Shown here one piece after another: positions 48,274-59,729 of a stretch of 64,000 bases of DNA; position 1 is the stretch's first letter, and each line of letters starts with the position of its first letter. The notes below the pieces were generated by a model. That model was not told where the DNA came from, searched no databases, and was given only the letters and a program-made list of their open reading frames with translations. Source of the DNA: Crocinitomix catalasitica ATCC 23190. GTDB lineage: Bacteria; Bacteroidota; Bacteroidia; Flavobacteriales_D; Crocinitomicaceae. The stretch is from positions 8,999 to 72,998 of the forward strand of contig NZ_JHXV01000009.1 of assembly GCF_000621625.1 (NCBI RefSeq), in the 5' to 3' direction. The translations under genes were made by a program, and so were the position numbers.

Positions 48274-50544
48274 ATGAAAACAATTCGATTATCAATACTC
48301 ACATTTGCTATTGTTATGATAAGCACTATAAGCACAGCACAAGACTATTCTGGATCATGGAAAGGAGCTATTACGACTCAAGGTATAGAACTTGAGCTCA
48401 TCTTTGACATCAGTGAAACTGACGAAGGATATTCCTCAACATTAGATGTTCCAATGCAGGGAGCAAGCGGTATTCCTATTGACAAAACAATAGTTGAAGA
48501 TGGCCAAATCACATTTACTTCTGCCACTGTACAATTCAAATATGTCGCTAAAATGGAAGACAATGATCTTAGCGGTACATTTTATCAAAATGGTATGGAA
48601 TTGCCGTTGGTATTAAGTAAAACGGTAAAAACATTACCGGGAAATACTGCATTACCAACGACGAGTGCGGATTTGGCAAAATTAGCGGCAAAAGAATCTG
48701 GCCCTTTTAAATATTCTGTTGAGGATTATTTTAAAAACCCTGATGCAGCTTCATTTCAACTGTCTCCAAATGGCGAATACCTATCGTATTTGAAGCGTAA
48801 TGATGAAGGTAAAAACACACTTTTTATAAAAAATACAGCAACGGATAAAGAGTTGGCTATTTTAAAAGATGGTGAAGATATTATTAAAGGATATTTTTGG
48901 GCGACAAACGAAAGAATCCTATACTTAAAAGATAAAGGTGGGGACGAAAATTTTCACGTTTTCGGCATCAATATAGATGGGTCAAATGATAAAGAACTGA
49001 CTCCTTTTGACGGTGTAAAAGCGAATATCCTTGAATCACTTAAAGATGACAAGGAACATATCATTATCTCATTAAATAAAGATAATAAGCAACAAGAAGA
49101 GCCTTATAAATTAAATATCAATACGGGAAAATTAACCAAACTCTACACTTTTAAAGAAGGTGAAGCGCCAGTTGCAGGTTACACTTTTGACAAGGACGGA
49201 GAATTAAGAATTATCACACGATTGATAAATGGTGTTGATCAATCTATCGATTATAAAATTGATGGTGAGATGAAAAATTTAATGACGGTCGAATTTGGAA
49301 ACGCGTTTAACGTAATTGAATTCAATTATGAAACAGAGAATCCAAATGATGCATACGTAGCGTCAAATTTATCGAGTGATAAAACGGTTATTCAATTGTA
49401 TGACTTAAAAGCGAAGAAAGTAATCAAGGAGATACATTCTGACAAAACTTATGACGTTTCTTCTATACGCCTTTCGAGAAAAAGAGGATTTGAGATTGAC
49501 TATATTATGGTTAACGCTGAGAAAGTTAGAATTATTCCGATTAGTGAAACTTATAAAAAAGTGCAGGCAAGATTGAAAAAAGAATTTGGTGACAAGCAAT
49601 TTTATACAACATACAGATCTGATGATGAAAATGTACAGATGATTGTTGTAACGAGTGACAAAATTGTTGCTGAATATTATATCTACAATGTAAAAGAAGA
49701 CAAGGTTAAACTTTTATACAAAGTATTGCCTCATTTAAAGGAGTCAGACATGGCTGAAATGCGTCCGATTAAGTTTCAAAGTCGTGATGGTAAAACAATT
49801 TACGGCTATATCACTTTACCAAAAGCAGCTTTAAACGGAGAAAAAGTCCCTTTAATCGTTATGCCACATGGTGGACCTCAAGGTGTAAGAGATTCATGGG
49901 GATTCAATCCAGAAAATCAATTATTTGCCAGTCGTGGATACGCTACTTTAAATGTGAATTTTAGAATTTCAGGCGGTTATGGGAAGGAATTTATGAATTC
50001 TGGTTTCAAACAAATCGGTCGTGCTGCGATGGATGATGTTGAAGATGGTTTAGCTTATGTTATTCAACAAGGTTGGGTAAATAAGGATAAAGTTGCTATC
50101 TACGGTGCAAGTCATGGTGGATACGCTGTACTGCGAGGAATGACAAAAACACCTGAATTATATGCTTGTGGTGTTGACTATGTTGGTGTTTCTAATTTAA
50201 ATACATTTATGGAAAGCATTCCAGCATATTGGGAGAAATACAGAGCTTTATTGTATGAAACTTGGTATGATCCAAATATCCCAGAAGAGAAAATCATAAT
50301 GGATGAAATTTCACCAGCTTTGCATACAGACAAAATTGTTAAGCCGTTATTCGTTGTGCAAGGTGCAAACGACCCAAGAGTTAACATAAACGAAGCTGAC
50401 CAAATAGTTGAAAAATTAAGAGCACGGAATATTGATGTTCCATATATGGTGAAATATGACGAAGGTCATGGATTTTACAAAGAAGAAAATCGAATTGAAT
50501 TGTATACAACTATGATGGGCTTTTTTGCTGAGCATTTGAAATAG
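48274..50544 (+). CDS. S9-family serine peptidase (prolyl oligopeptidase / dipeptidyl peptidase type) with an N-terminal beta-propeller
   Basis: Signal peptide. Catalytic Ser in YGASHGGYA (GxSxGG), Asp in VVQGANDPRV, His in YDEGHGFY. Confidence 0.85.
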   Translation: MKTIRLSILTFAIVMISTISTAQDYSGSWKGAITTQGIELELIFDISETDEGYSSTLDVPMQGASGIPIDKTIVEDGQITFTSATVQFKYVAKMEDNDLSGTFYQNGMELPLVLSKTVKTLPGNTALPTTSADLAKLAAKESGPFKYSVEDYFKNPDAASFQLSPNGEYLSYLKRNDEGKNTLFIKNTATDKELAILKDGEDIIKGYFWATNERILYLKDKGGDENFHVFGINIDGSNDKELTPFDGVKANILESLKDDKEHIIISLNKDNKQQEEPYKLNINTGKLTKLYTFKEGEAPVAGYTFDKDGELRIITRLINGVDQSIDYKIDGEMKNLMTVEFGNAFNVIEFNYETENPNDAYVASNLSSDKTVIQLYDLKAKKVIKEIHSDKTYDVSSIRLSRKRGFEIDYIMVNAEKVRIIPISETYKKVQARLKKEFGDKQFYTTYRSDDENVQMIVVTSDKIVAEYYIYNVKEDKVKLLYKVLPHLKESDMAEMRPIKFQSRDGKTIYGYITLPKAALNGEKVPLIVMPHGGPQGVRDSWGFNPENQLFASRGYATLNVNFRISGGYGKEFMNSGFKQIGRAAMDDVEDGLAYVIQQGWVNKDKVAIYGASHGGYAVLRGMTKTPELYACGVDYVGVSNLNTFMESIPAYWEKYRALLYETWYDPNIPEEKIIMDEISPALHTDKIVKPLFVVQGANDPRVNINEADQIVEKLRARNIDVPYMVKYDEGHGFYKEENRIELYTTMMGFFAEHLK

Positions 50545-50567
50545 GCTGTAAACTAAAGCATTAAAAA

Positions 50568-50602
50568 AGACCTTGCAATTTTATTGTAAGGTCTTTTTTT
50601 TT
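50568..50602 (+). terminator. Rho-independent terminator after the S9 peptidase gene
   Basis: Stem AGACCTTGCAAT/ATTGTAAGGTCT followed by a T9 run. Confidence 0.75.
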
Positions 50603-50627
50603 CTATTTTTATTCTAAAATCTAAACT

Positions 50628-51011
50628 ATGCGAATATTATTATTATTTCTACTTGCTTTTTCACTGCCTATAGCTTCTAATGCTCAACAGCAAGGCGGAT
50701 TTATTTACATTATCGATAAAACAGCTGAAGGGAATGTTTATTATATGTCAGAATATTTAGAGGCAAAATTCCCAGGTGACCATGATGGTATTGATGCTCA
50801 AAGAAAGTCTTTCGATCAAAAATTTAAAGATTACGTTCTTGAAAATTATGACCTTGTCGATTACCAACTTGTTCAGAATGATTGGATGGTACCAGGTAGA
50901 GGTGTTTATCCTGACCGAGCATATGCTAAAAAACTAGAGAATATACCGGTAATGGATGAGGGCAGTAAAATCATTATTGTTGAAGGATTTAAGCTGATTG
51001 CAACTAAATAA
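50628..51011 (+). CDS. Hypothetical secreted protein
   Basis: 127 aa with a signal peptide (LAFSLPIASNAQ). Confidence 0.3.
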   Translation: MRILLLFLLAFSLPIASNAQQQGGFIYIIDKTAEGNVYYMSEYLEAKFPGDHDGIDAQRKSFDQKFKDYVLENYDLVDYQLVQNDWMVPGRGVYPDRAYAKKLENIPVMDEGSKIIIVEGFKLIATK

Positions 51012-51087
51012 CTCGTTCATTTTAAAATAATTATTCATTTTTTAGGTTAACGCAAACGAAAAATCTTTTTTTTGCGTTAACCTAATT

Positions 51088-51669
51088 ATGAAGCTCCCTA
51101 TTTTCATTTCAATTTTCTTGTTAACATCTTTGACTTATGCGCAAAAAGTTGAAATAGGTCCTTTACTTTCCTTTGGCCATTCATTTTGTGATCAACAAAT
51201 AAGTTTTAAACAGATTTCAAGAAAAACATTTTCCCCTGGATTTACTGTAAATTATTGGATGAACTCGCGATTCTTTTCAATTGGTTCAGGCGTGATTTAC
51301 GACCAACGAGGTTATAAAACAGCAACAGACACTTATAGGATCAATTATATTACCGTTCCGTTAAGAGTTTCATTGACACTCGGAAAAACCATTTTTATTC
51401 GACCATCCATTGGTACTAACTTATCTTTTTTAAGTAACTCTAAGCGATCCGACAACACAACTAAAATAACTGAATCATTCGCGACAGAAAGTACCGATCT
51501 TTCTTATTTTGCATCATTTGCAACTGGATTCTATATCAAGAAGCGCATATCATTTTACGCAAATTTAAAATTGATTAATAGTTTTGTTCCTTTCGTTTTC
51601 TCTGATGACTGGGGCAAACTGAAGCATAGAAAACAGATTATCACTTTGGGCTTAAATTTTTCTGTGTAA
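51088..51669 (+). CDS. Outer-membrane beta-barrel (OmpA/OmpW-like porin family) protein
   Basis: Signal peptide and alternating amphipathic beta-strands, ending ...ITLGLNFSV. Confidence 0.45.
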   Translation: MKLPIFISIFLLTSLTYAQKVEIGPLLSFGHSFCDQQISFKQISRKTFSPGFTVNYWMNSRFFSIGSGVIYDQRGYKTATDTYRINYITVPLRVSLTLGKTIFIRPSIGTNLSFLSNSKRSDNTTKITESFATESTDLSYFASFATGFYIKKRISFYANLKLINSFVPFVFSDDWGKLKHRKQIITLGLNFSV

Positions 51670-51795
51670 GACTATTTCCAATTCGCCACAAATTATATTA
51701 GTTTTGAAAGTAAACTATGTCTGTTCGGATAAAGCTAAATTTTAACGCGACTCAATATCCTGGCGAACAATATATATTAACAAGTAAGAATTTAA

Positions 51796-52578
51796 ATGGA
51801 CTACGATTGGAGAATATTTGCTATCCTAATAGTTGGAATGTTGATTATTGGCTATTTACGAACTAAAAAAAAACGTAAAGTAAATAAAAGAATGCCTACT
51901 CGAGATTTCCCGAAAGAGTGGAGATCAATTCTAGAACTACGCGTACCTTTTTATCAAAAATTACCAAGCACTAAGAAACGGTCTTTTGAGAAGCAGATTC
52001 ATATTTTTCTCTTGAATTACAAAATTAGTGGCCATCAAACTGAAGTCACGGATTTAGACAGAATTTTGGTTGCAGCAGGAGGCGTAATTCCTACATTCGC
52101 TATTCATAATTGGCATTATTCCAATTTAGATGAAATCATTATTTTTCCCAATCATTTTGAAATTCCATCAACGGGTCAACTAGCCAAAGGACTTGTCGGA
52201 TCCGGAAGTATGGAAGGGAAGTTGTGGCTATCAAGAATTGCTCTTTATAAAGGGTTTTCTGACGATAAAGACCAGAAAAATGTTGCTATTCATGAGTTTA
52301 TTCACTTAATGGATATGGAAGACGGTAAAATTGATAGCATTCTTTACGACCGTATGTCTGAAAAAGACATTGAAGAATGGAAAGAATTTGCGCAACGTAA
52401 AGCGGACAAAGTAGGTAACGAAATCTTCTCGATAAGAGGATATGCAAAAGCGAATGCAATCGAATTTTTAGCAGTTACGGGAGAGTTTTACTTCGAAGAT
52501 CCAGATAGTTTAAAAAGTGATCATCCCGAATTATACCGGCGATTACATAAAATCTTCCATCCTAAAAAATTATTGTAA
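51796..52578 (+). CDS. MtfA-like zinc metallopeptidase (M90 family)
   Basis: N-terminal TM helix. HExxH motif in VAIHEFIHLMDMEDG. Confidence 0.6.
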   Translation: MDYDWRIFAILIVGMLIIGYLRTKKKRKVNKRMPTRDFPKEWRSILELRVPFYQKLPSTKKRSFEKQIHIFLLNYKISGHQTEVTDLDRILVAAGGVIPTFAIHNWHYSNLDEIIIFPNHFEIPSTGQLAKGLVGSGSMEGKLWLSRIALYKGFSDDKDQKNVAIHEFIHLMDMEDGKIDSILYDRMSEKDIEEWKEFAQRKADKVGNEIFSIRGYAKANAIEFLAVTGEFYFEDPDSLKSDHPELYRRLHKIFHPKKLL

Positions 52579-55500
52579 AACCAACTTTTGAGTCGCTGTA
52601 AATTTTTCGTTCGTATATCTTACCAAATAATTTCCTTTTTGCAAATTAGATAGGTCTAGTAGATTATCTCCCACTACTCCATCTGTTTTAAGAATAAATT
52701 GCCCGTTAACATCATAAATTTCAATAAGTCCTGCTCCCATTTCTTGTGCAATCACTAAATGAGAATAAGATCCATTTTTAACTGGGTTTGGGTAAAGCAG
52801 CATTGTGATTGGCTCGTAATTTATGGTTCTTATTTCACTATAAGTTGACATACCATCAAAATCTGTTTGCCTTAATCTATAATATGATACGCCAAAAACT
52901 GGTGCGCTATCACACGACTTATAATCATGACTTTTTGAACTATTACCTGCACCTTCAATTAGTTCTATATCCTCAAAATTAATGCCGTCTTTCGATCTTT
53001 GAACGGTAAAGAAATCATTATTTAATTCACTTGCTGTTGCCCAATCTAAATCGACAACATTTTCATTCAGCTCTGCATAAAATTTTAATAGCTCAATTGG
53101 TAATGGGTTTACATCACTAATTGATCCTAAAGTAAATGTACCATAATTACTAACACTCCCTGCCGAAAGAATATCTCCTATTATTGGACTACCTGTTGTA
53201 CCTCCATTACCTTCATTGTTCCACAATGACAAATTCCATCTAGACACCCGCAAATCTGCCATATTAACTATACCGCAACTTGTTGAACTATTCCATGAAA
53301 GTTTCACGCTAACCGTTCCCAAAGCAACAGTACTCCTATTTAAATTCCAATATTCACATCGACTAATATGATCTATTCCTAAAATCAATAATAAAGGGTC
53401 GAAAATAAAACCTGGATCCGACTGAATGTATTCTGCTATAAATCCTACTGTTCCTGATGAAGAAGCACCAATTGAAATAGGACGATACAATCCGTTTTTC
53501 CCAACAGGAAAGTCAAATGCAGTAGTTCCAGTTCGCTCAACCCTTCCGTTTACATGAGATGCATTTGAAGCGCCAGTGACATTTGCTCCAGTACTTATGT
53601 GAACCACTTCATTACCTAAAGAACCTTCATAAATTATACCATCAGTTAAAACCAGGTCATTATCTATAGTAATATCGTCTTCAATTACTATTCCCGCAGC
53701 ACTTGTATTATTAATTGTCAAATCATGAAAAGTTTCATTTGCTCCATCAACTCTAATGATTTGCTCAGCTGTTCCTGTCAAACTAACTAAGCCTTCGTGT
53801 TGAACAAATGTTCCTTCATTTAACCAATCTCCCAATAATTCAATTGAATAATCATTAGGATCGTCAATATCTACTATATTATTATCGTGAATACTAAAAT
53901 CACCTCTAATTTTTATATCTCCAACCAATGTTTTCTCAGATGACCCGAACATTGCAGGATAATTAACTGTTAGGTGCCAATAACTCGAATTCCCTGCTCC
54001 TATCATGCCTTTTATTTCTTGGTCGTCTTGAGCGTTATAAACAACCGTTGAAGGCTCTCTCAAATCAAATACGCTAAAATTCGTTGGGAAATCTGTCGCA
54101 GTAACAGTATTTCCAATTGTCAATTGGGCATTTGGATCCATTTGCAATTCTTCTCCAGCATCACCTGTAATCTGAAAACCATCATCCATAAAATTATTAT
54201 AGTTCCCAATTGAAAGGATATCATTTATTGTAATAGGACCATCTAAAATTTTATCCACCAAACTTCCATCGTGATTCTGCAAATACAAAGCTCCGTATGT
54301 TGGTACACTCGAAACAATTTGCGTTAAATCACTATTATAATATGTTCTACCTCTCTCGTTTAAATCAATATTAACACTTAAAAAATCAGTTGGAAAAGTC
54401 GTCAATAAGCCCGACTCCCCTAACACTATTCTAGCGGCATCTTCTATCGTCAAGTTTCCAAATGCATTTCCAGTAATTTGAAAACCTCTATCTGCTAGCC
54501 CCCCCCTTTGTATATTTAAATCACTATCCACTGTTAATGGATCTTCTAATTCGCAAAAATTAGCATTTCCACCACCATTTGTCTCTCTATTAATACTTAG
54601 GTTATAAAAAGGGCTGCCATTTGATAATATCTCTTGACGACTCGTTTGCGTATCTGGTCCATCGAAAATAATTGTTGACGTACCAGCGTCAAAAACGCCA
54701 TCATAAACATACCAATCATCTTCAATTGACCAATCAATAGCATTCGCTAGAACAGTACCACTAATAAAATTAACATCGGCTCTAGTTCCGCCATTCATAT
54801 CCATATTGTCTAATATTGACCATGTACCTCCACTAAACTCAAAATCAATTCGTCCAAAAAACTGTGCTCCATTATTTGTTATTGTTCTTGTTCCTACATC
54901 GTGTGCTGAAAAGGTGATTAAAGCTTCGAATTGATTATCAAGATTGCCGTGTAATTCCAGATCTCCAAATACTATTAATTCGCGGTTTGTTTCTGTTAAA
55001 CTGCCGTCAAGACTAATTCCCGCAGGGATTCCAGTCCATAACATATTATTACAACCCTGAACAACAAGATCAATATCAACTGTACCGCCTCCGGCATTAA
55101 ATGAACTCGCATCAAAAACTACATCATCATGTGGACCGGGAATACAAGTATTTGCTCCAGTATATAAACCAGATATCAAGGTCCAGTTATCCGGATTTGA
55201 CCAATCATTATTTATGCCTGTAGAATAAAGACCCGTTTTTGCATTTCCAATTGTATTTCCAACCCAATAAAAAGTTAAACCTAATACAGGCGTAGTAAAT
55301 AAGACACCAGAATTATTTGAGAGATCTACACCTGCCGTATTCGTCATATTTAAGCTCGTCACATTTATATCTTGACAAATATTAGATGTTACTGTTTGTA
55401 AACTACTAAAATTGACATCCGCAGTTTCGCCATCATTTAAAGATCGTAACCATAACCATATATCACATAAACCTACAGAAGATAAAGTACCCGTAATATT

Positions 55501-57027
55501 GGTAACAGCACTTGTATTAAATCGAACGATATTAAATGAACTTAAAGTCAAATCGTTGATTGTTGTGATAGACGTATTGGTATTTATATTCAATTGTGCT
55601 TCGTTTAATAAATCAATCGCGTCAATTGTAAAATCACCTATTTCACCACCACCAATATCAATTATAGATTCAGCACCCAAATTTATGCTTCCTAATATAG
55701 ATGTAGTGGCAGCCCCTCCATTGTTTTGTAACGTTAAATTGCCATCATCTGCAATATTTAAATCTCCTACGATATTCGTTTCCCCGTCAATCCTCACGAT
55801 GTTTGTTCCAGAAAAATTTAAATTTCCAGCAAATTCAGCATCTTGATCAAGTATTATGTGAGCTAAATCAGTTCCATTTACTGAAAAATCTCCTTGAAAT
55901 TGAACATCTCTACTAAACCTGCAATCCGAATCTTCACCAATAATAAAATCGGACAAAAACTCTACATATCTACCATGCATATCACCTTGTCCGCCATTAC
56001 CAACAATAAAATCATCATTAAAAATAGTATGATCAGTTCCTCCATACCCCCCTGTACCATCTCCTGAACCAATGATATACCGACAATTATTTGGCAATGT
56101 AACACTACCATAAGTTTTAATATTAGAATCATCATTATTAGAATCTATGATAAATTCAACTCCATCAATTAAAACTTCAATATCTCCAAAAGTAATCCTG
56201 TTTGTATTGTCTTCAACACTTCCAGTAACGATTTCAATACTACCAGAGCAATTAATAAATCGCATTGTTGGAATAGTTTTCGCAATTGCTCCGACTTCTA
56301 CCACAATATCATCAGTATTTGTAAAATTGAGGACAGCACTTGTATTTAACACAGTTAAATTTGTCGTATTCCCTCTTAAGTCTAATGCAAGTCCTTCTTC
56401 AATCAAAGTAACAATTGAACTTCCAAAATCTATCGTACGTAATTGCGTACCAAGGTTTGCATTTATATTCCCCGCAATTAAATTTTGGTCCATTGTATTA
56501 AACTCTCCTGATCTTAATCCAATTTCACCACTTACTATCATCTCATCACTTAAATTCCAATGGCCAAGACTCCTATTAAATAAGATATCGCCATTAAATG
56601 TTTTTCCGGCTGAAGAAATTGTGCTTGAAGCATTTGATAAAAAATGATAATCACCAAAAAAAGTATGTACCAACCCAGTATCAAAAGTTAAATCTCCATA
56701 CACCTCTATAGTATATGAACCACTACCAGCAAATTCGGGATTGTTTAATACTCCACTGAAATTTAAATCTGCACATGTTAGATCTATATTCACGTTGACA
56801 ATTTGACCGGGCAGTGTGAATGAATTTAGATCGAAAATTACATTATCAGTCGCAGTTGGCAAAGAAACATATGCGCCTCCTGCTCCTCCGCTGGAGTTCG
56901 ACCAGTGAGAAAGTTCGTCACAATCTCCATTATTTCCAACCCAATAATAATTGGCAGAAAATAGACATTGAGGAATAAAAATAAAAATAGCGAATATGGA
57001 TATTCGAGAGAATTGTTTAAGTAGCAT
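52570..57027 (-). CDS. Giant type IX secretion (T9SS) C-terminal-domain cargo protein, probably a beta-helix/adhesin-like surface protein
   Basis: 1485 aa. Signal peptide. The N-terminal module YYWVGNNGDCDELSHWSNSSGGAGG recurs internally (TFYWVGNTIGNAKTGLYSTGINNDWSNPDNWT). Gly/Asn/Thr-rich repeats. C-terminal Por-secretion tail (YPNPVKNGSY...IEIYDVNGQFI...GNYLVRY...LVLQ). Confidence 0.8.
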   Translation of the reverse strand: MLLKQFSRISIFAIFIFIPQCLFSANYYWVGNNGDCDELSHWSNSSGGAGGAYVSLPTATDNVIFDLNSFTLPGQIVNVNIDLTCADLNFSGVLNNPEFAGSGSYTIEVYGDLTFDTGLVHTFFGDYHFLSNASSTISSAGKTFNGDILFNRSLGHWNLSDEMIVSGEIGLRSGEFNTMDQNLIAGNINANLGTQLRTIDFGSSIVTLIEEGLALDLRGNTTNLTVLNTSAVLNFTNTDDIVVEVGAIAKTIPTMRFINCSGSIEIVTGSVEDNTNRITFGDIEVLIDGVEFIIDSNNDDSNIKTYGSVTLPNNCRYIIGSGDGTGGYGGTDHTIFNDDFIVGNGGQGDMHGRYVEFLSDFIIGEDSDCRFSRDVQFQGDFSVNGTDLAHIILDQDAEFAGNLNFSGTNIVRIDGETNIVGDLNIADDGNLTLQNNGGAATTSILGSINLGAESIIDIGGGEIGDFTIDAIDLLNEAQLNINTNTSITTINDLTLSSFNIVRFNTSAVTNITGTLSSVGLCDIWLWLRSLNDGETADVNFSSLQTVTSNICQDINVTSLNMTNTAGVDLSNNSGVLFTTPVLGLTFYWVGNTIGNAKTGLYSTGINNDWSNPDNWTLISGLYTGANTCIPGPHDDVVFDASSFNAGGGTVDIDLVVQGCNNMLWTGIPAGISLDGSLTETNRELIVFGDLELHGNLDNQFEALITFSAHDVGTRTITNNGAQFFGRIDFEFSGGTWSILDNMDMNGGTRADVNFISGTVLANAIDWSIEDDWYVYDGVFDAGTSTIIFDGPDTQTSRQEILSNGSPFYNLSINRETNGGGNANFCELEDPLTVDSDLNIQRGGLADRGFQITGNAFGNLTIEDAARIVLGESGLLTTFPTDFLSVNIDLNERGRTYYNSDLTQIVSSVPTYGALYLQNHDGSLVDKILDGPITINDILSIGNYNNFMDDGFQITGDAGEELQMDPNAQLTIGNTVTATDFPTNFSVFDLREPSTVVYNAQDDQEIKGMIGAGNSSYWHLTVNYPAMFGSSEKTLVGDIKIRGDFSIHDNNIVDIDDPNDYSIELLGDWLNEGTFVQHEGLVSLTGTAEQIIRVDGANETFHDLTINNTSAAGIVIEDDITIDNDLVLTDGIIYEGSLGNEVVHISTGANVTGASNASHVNGRVERTGTTAFDFPVGKNGLYRPISIGASSSGTVGFIAEYIQSDPGFIFDPLLLILGIDHISRCEYWNLNRSTVALGTVSVKLSWNSSTSCGIVNMADLRVSRWNLSLWNNEGNGGTTGSPIIGDILSAGSVSNYGTFTLGSISDVNPLPIELLKFYAELNENVVDLDWATASELNNDFFTVQRSKDGINFEDIELIEGAGNSSKSHDYKSCDSAPVFGVSYYRLRQTDFDGMSTYSEIRTINYEPITMLLYPNPVKNGSYSHLVIAQEMGAGLIEIYDVNGQFILKTDGVVGDNLLDLSNLQKGNYLVRYTNEKFTATQKLVLQ

Positions 57028-57305
57028 TGGGTTTAAGTTTTGGGTGATATAAATCTATTATTTAATTATATGAACTCAAAATAAATTCGACAAACACCAA
57101 GTTTTTATTCGATTAACTTGATTAAACAGATTGCCTTACCGACCTAAAACATATACAAACAGTGACTTACAACAAATTTTAAATTGAAATTATTATTATT
57201 TAATATTTTAATAATTTTCGATAAAAATTTCGAACTTTATACTTTCTGTAAAGAATTGGTGAAAACATAATACCTTTACATCCTATCAATAACCCATTAA
57301 TTTTT

Positions 57306-59708
57306 ATGAAAAGCAGGTACGCTTTTGAGTATAAAATTTTAGCTATTATCATTGTTGTTATCACTTTAGTGACGATGATTGGTTTTTACGCGTATAATCG
57401 ATTTTCAAATATTGTTGGGCAAGTTAGTGAAGCCGTACGTCCAGATATAAACCTAGTCACAGCTAAAGATATCTTGAACGATTTATCGGATGCCGAAAAC
57501 AATGTAAAATCATATAGTTTAACACGAGATGCCACTTATATCAATAAAATCGACACAATAAAAAAAGAAGTCGATCAGAAATTGGTGCAACTTCAAGCAT
57601 TGATTCCAGCGAAAAAATTCAGTGATTTTCGACTTGATTCGCTAAAAATATACACAGATATAAAATTCGAAATTTTAAACGATATTCTTTTACTCCAGCC
57701 AGATTTTAGGGTAAAAGCTGCCCTAAAAAAGGTATCGACAAAAATTGAAGAAGCGCCAACGATCGAGGATACTTTAAAAGTTCCTATCGAAATTGAACGC
57801 CGCGCTTTATTTAAAAAAAATAAAAAAGAACTTGATACAATTGTCACGATAATCAATCGTGTAAATATTTCTGACGTTAATCGTGAAATTCAAACCGTTG
57901 AGATTGAAGAGAATCATATTAATCGTGTACATGTAAGAAAAGAGTTGTCATTAATTGCGGAAGACCGCATTATTTCTAGGAAAATTCGTGCCATTTTAGA
58001 TAAATTAGAAACCTCTGAATTAAATTTAATTGCGGAGAAAACATTGTTGGCTAAAGAAGCTGTTAAAAACACAAACCTACAAATTGCGCTGTTTTGTTGT
58101 GCTATCGGGGTCTTATTATTAATTCTTGTGTTTATCATCATCAATTATGTTAAAACCAATAATACATATAAACTTGCTTTGCAAAAAGCGAAAGAAAAGT
58201 CTGAATTATTGGCTACATCGAAAGCTGAATTCTTAGCCAATATGAGTCATGAAATTCGAACACCAATGAATGCTTTGTCCGGTTTTGCTGAACAAATCGC
58301 ATTGAGCGAATTAAATCCAATTCAAAAAGAGCAAATAAATATGATCCGTAAATCATCTGATCATTTACTCGAGGTTGTGAATGACGTATTAGATGTGAGT
58401 AAGTTAGAACAGGAAAAAATTATTCTTGAAAAAATAGGCTTTTCTCCTCAGGAGGTAATTGAAGATGTAATTGCAATGTCCACCGCGGTTGCTCAGCAAA
58501 AATCAATCGCCTTAATTGTATTAATCGAAAACGACCCATTGCCATTTGCTAAAGGTGATGCTCATCGCTTGAGACAGATTCTGCTAAACTTGATAACCAA
58601 CGCCATCAAGTTTACACCTGAGCACGGTACGATAAACATTATCGCGCAAGCAAAAATAAATGGCAATAAAACATTTAAACTTGTTGTCAATGTAAAGGAT
58701 ACTGGAATTGGTATGAGTCAAACGCAAATAGCCAACCTTTTTCAAGCTTATCAGCAAGGAGACGTAAGTACGAGTAGAGAGTATGGTGGCACAGGATTAG
58801 GCTTAAACATTACTAAAAAATTAATAGACTTACATAATGGCAGTATACATATAGAGAGTGCTATAAATGAAGGAACTAATTTCAAGTTTGAATTGGAATA
58901 TGAAATAACGGAAGTCATTGATCAGGTTGAGCCAGTTAAAAAAGGGGATCAATACAATATCCAATCGAGTTTACAATCAAAATCAATTTTAATAGCTGAT
59001 GACGAACCGTTTAATTGCAAATTATTAACAACAATATTCTCTAAATACGCTTGTGAAACTGTTGTTGTAACAAATGGTAAAGATGCGATTGATATGTTAG
59101 AACATCGCACCTTTGATTTAGTTTTGATGGATATAAGAATGCCTAAAATGGATGGTGTGACTGCAACAGAAATTATCCGTTCAGCCACTGATAATCCAAA
59201 TCAATCGATTCCAATTATTGGTCTAACTGCAGATATCACTACCAACGAATCTTATTATTTAAAAATTGGATTTAGTAAAATATTAACCAAGCCGTTTAAA
59301 GCGTCTGATCTTTTGGCGCATGTATTTTCAATTTTAGAATCAGATCTTCCAATTCAATCGACTGGTGAATTTACAGCGTTAAAAGAAATGTCAGCAGATG
59401 ATGACGCCTTTTATGTAGATATGTTGGAAACTTTTATGTCTAGCACAACAGCAGGAATCAAAGAAATTAAATTACATGCCCGAAATAAAGCTTGGGAAGA
59501 AATGTCTGCTGCTGCTCATAAAATTGCTCCTCCATGTTTACATATCGAAGCCGATGCATTATATGAGATTTTAAAGGCAATAGAAAACAACAGAAGGAAT
59601 GGGATAAATTTAGAAAATGTACCCCGCTTAATTCAAAAATTAGAAGAAATCAGTAGACCGGTTTTAACAAATGTATCAGCGGAAATTAACTTTGTAAAAA
59701 AAAAATAA
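57306..59708 (+). CDS. Hybrid sensor histidine kinase / response regulator with a C-terminal Hpt domain
   Basis: TM helix. HisKA H-box (NMSHEIRTPMNAL). HATPase with N, G1 and G2 boxes (NLITNAIKFT; DTGIGM; GGTGLGL). Receiver domain (ILIADDEPFN...DLVLMDIRMPKMDG). Hpt-like helix bundle with AAHKIAPPCLHIEA. Confidence 0.85.
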   Translation: MKSRYAFEYKILAIIIVVITLVTMIGFYAYNRFSNIVGQVSEAVRPDINLVTAKDILNDLSDAENNVKSYSLTRDATYINKIDTIKKEVDQKLVQLQALIPAKKFSDFRLDSLKIYTDIKFEILNDILLLQPDFRVKAALKKVSTKIEEAPTIEDTLKVPIEIERRALFKKNKKELDTIVTIINRVNISDVNREIQTVEIEENHINRVHVRKELSLIAEDRIISRKIRAILDKLETSELNLIAEKTLLAKEAVKNTNLQIALFCCAIGVLLLILVFIIINYVKTNNTYKLALQKAKEKSELLATSKAEFLANMSHEIRTPMNALSGFAEQIALSELNPIQKEQINMIRKSSDHLLEVVNDVLDVSKLEQEKIILEKIGFSPQEVIEDVIAMSTAVAQQKSIALIVLIENDPLPFAKGDAHRLRQILLNLITNAIKFTPEHGTINIIAQAKINGNKTFKLVVNVKDTGIGMSQTQIANLFQAYQQGDVSTSREYGGTGLGLNITKKLIDLHNGSIHIESAINEGTNFKFELEYEITEVIDQVEPVKKGDQYNIQSSLQSKSILIADDEPFNCKLLTTIFSKYACETVVVTNGKDAIDMLEHRTFDLVLMDIRMPKMDGVTATEIIRSATDNPNQSIPIIGLTADITTNESYYLKIGFSKILTKPFKASDLLAHVFSILESDLPIQSTGEFTALKEMSADDDAFYVDMLETFMSSTTAGIKEIKLHARNKAWEEMSAAAHKIAPPCLHIEADALYEILKAIENNRRNGINLENVPRLIQKLEEISRPVLTNVSAEINFVKKK

Positions 59709-59729
59709 ACGTAAATTAGTAGCTTAAAT

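Noticed and set aside
55412-56647. Two plus-strand ORFs (144 and 166 aa) inside the giant T9SS gene
   Set aside because: They are entirely antisense to a high-confidence 1485-aa CDS. Their low-complexity Ser/Pro/Ile composition reflects the Gly/Asn/Thr codon bias of the real gene.
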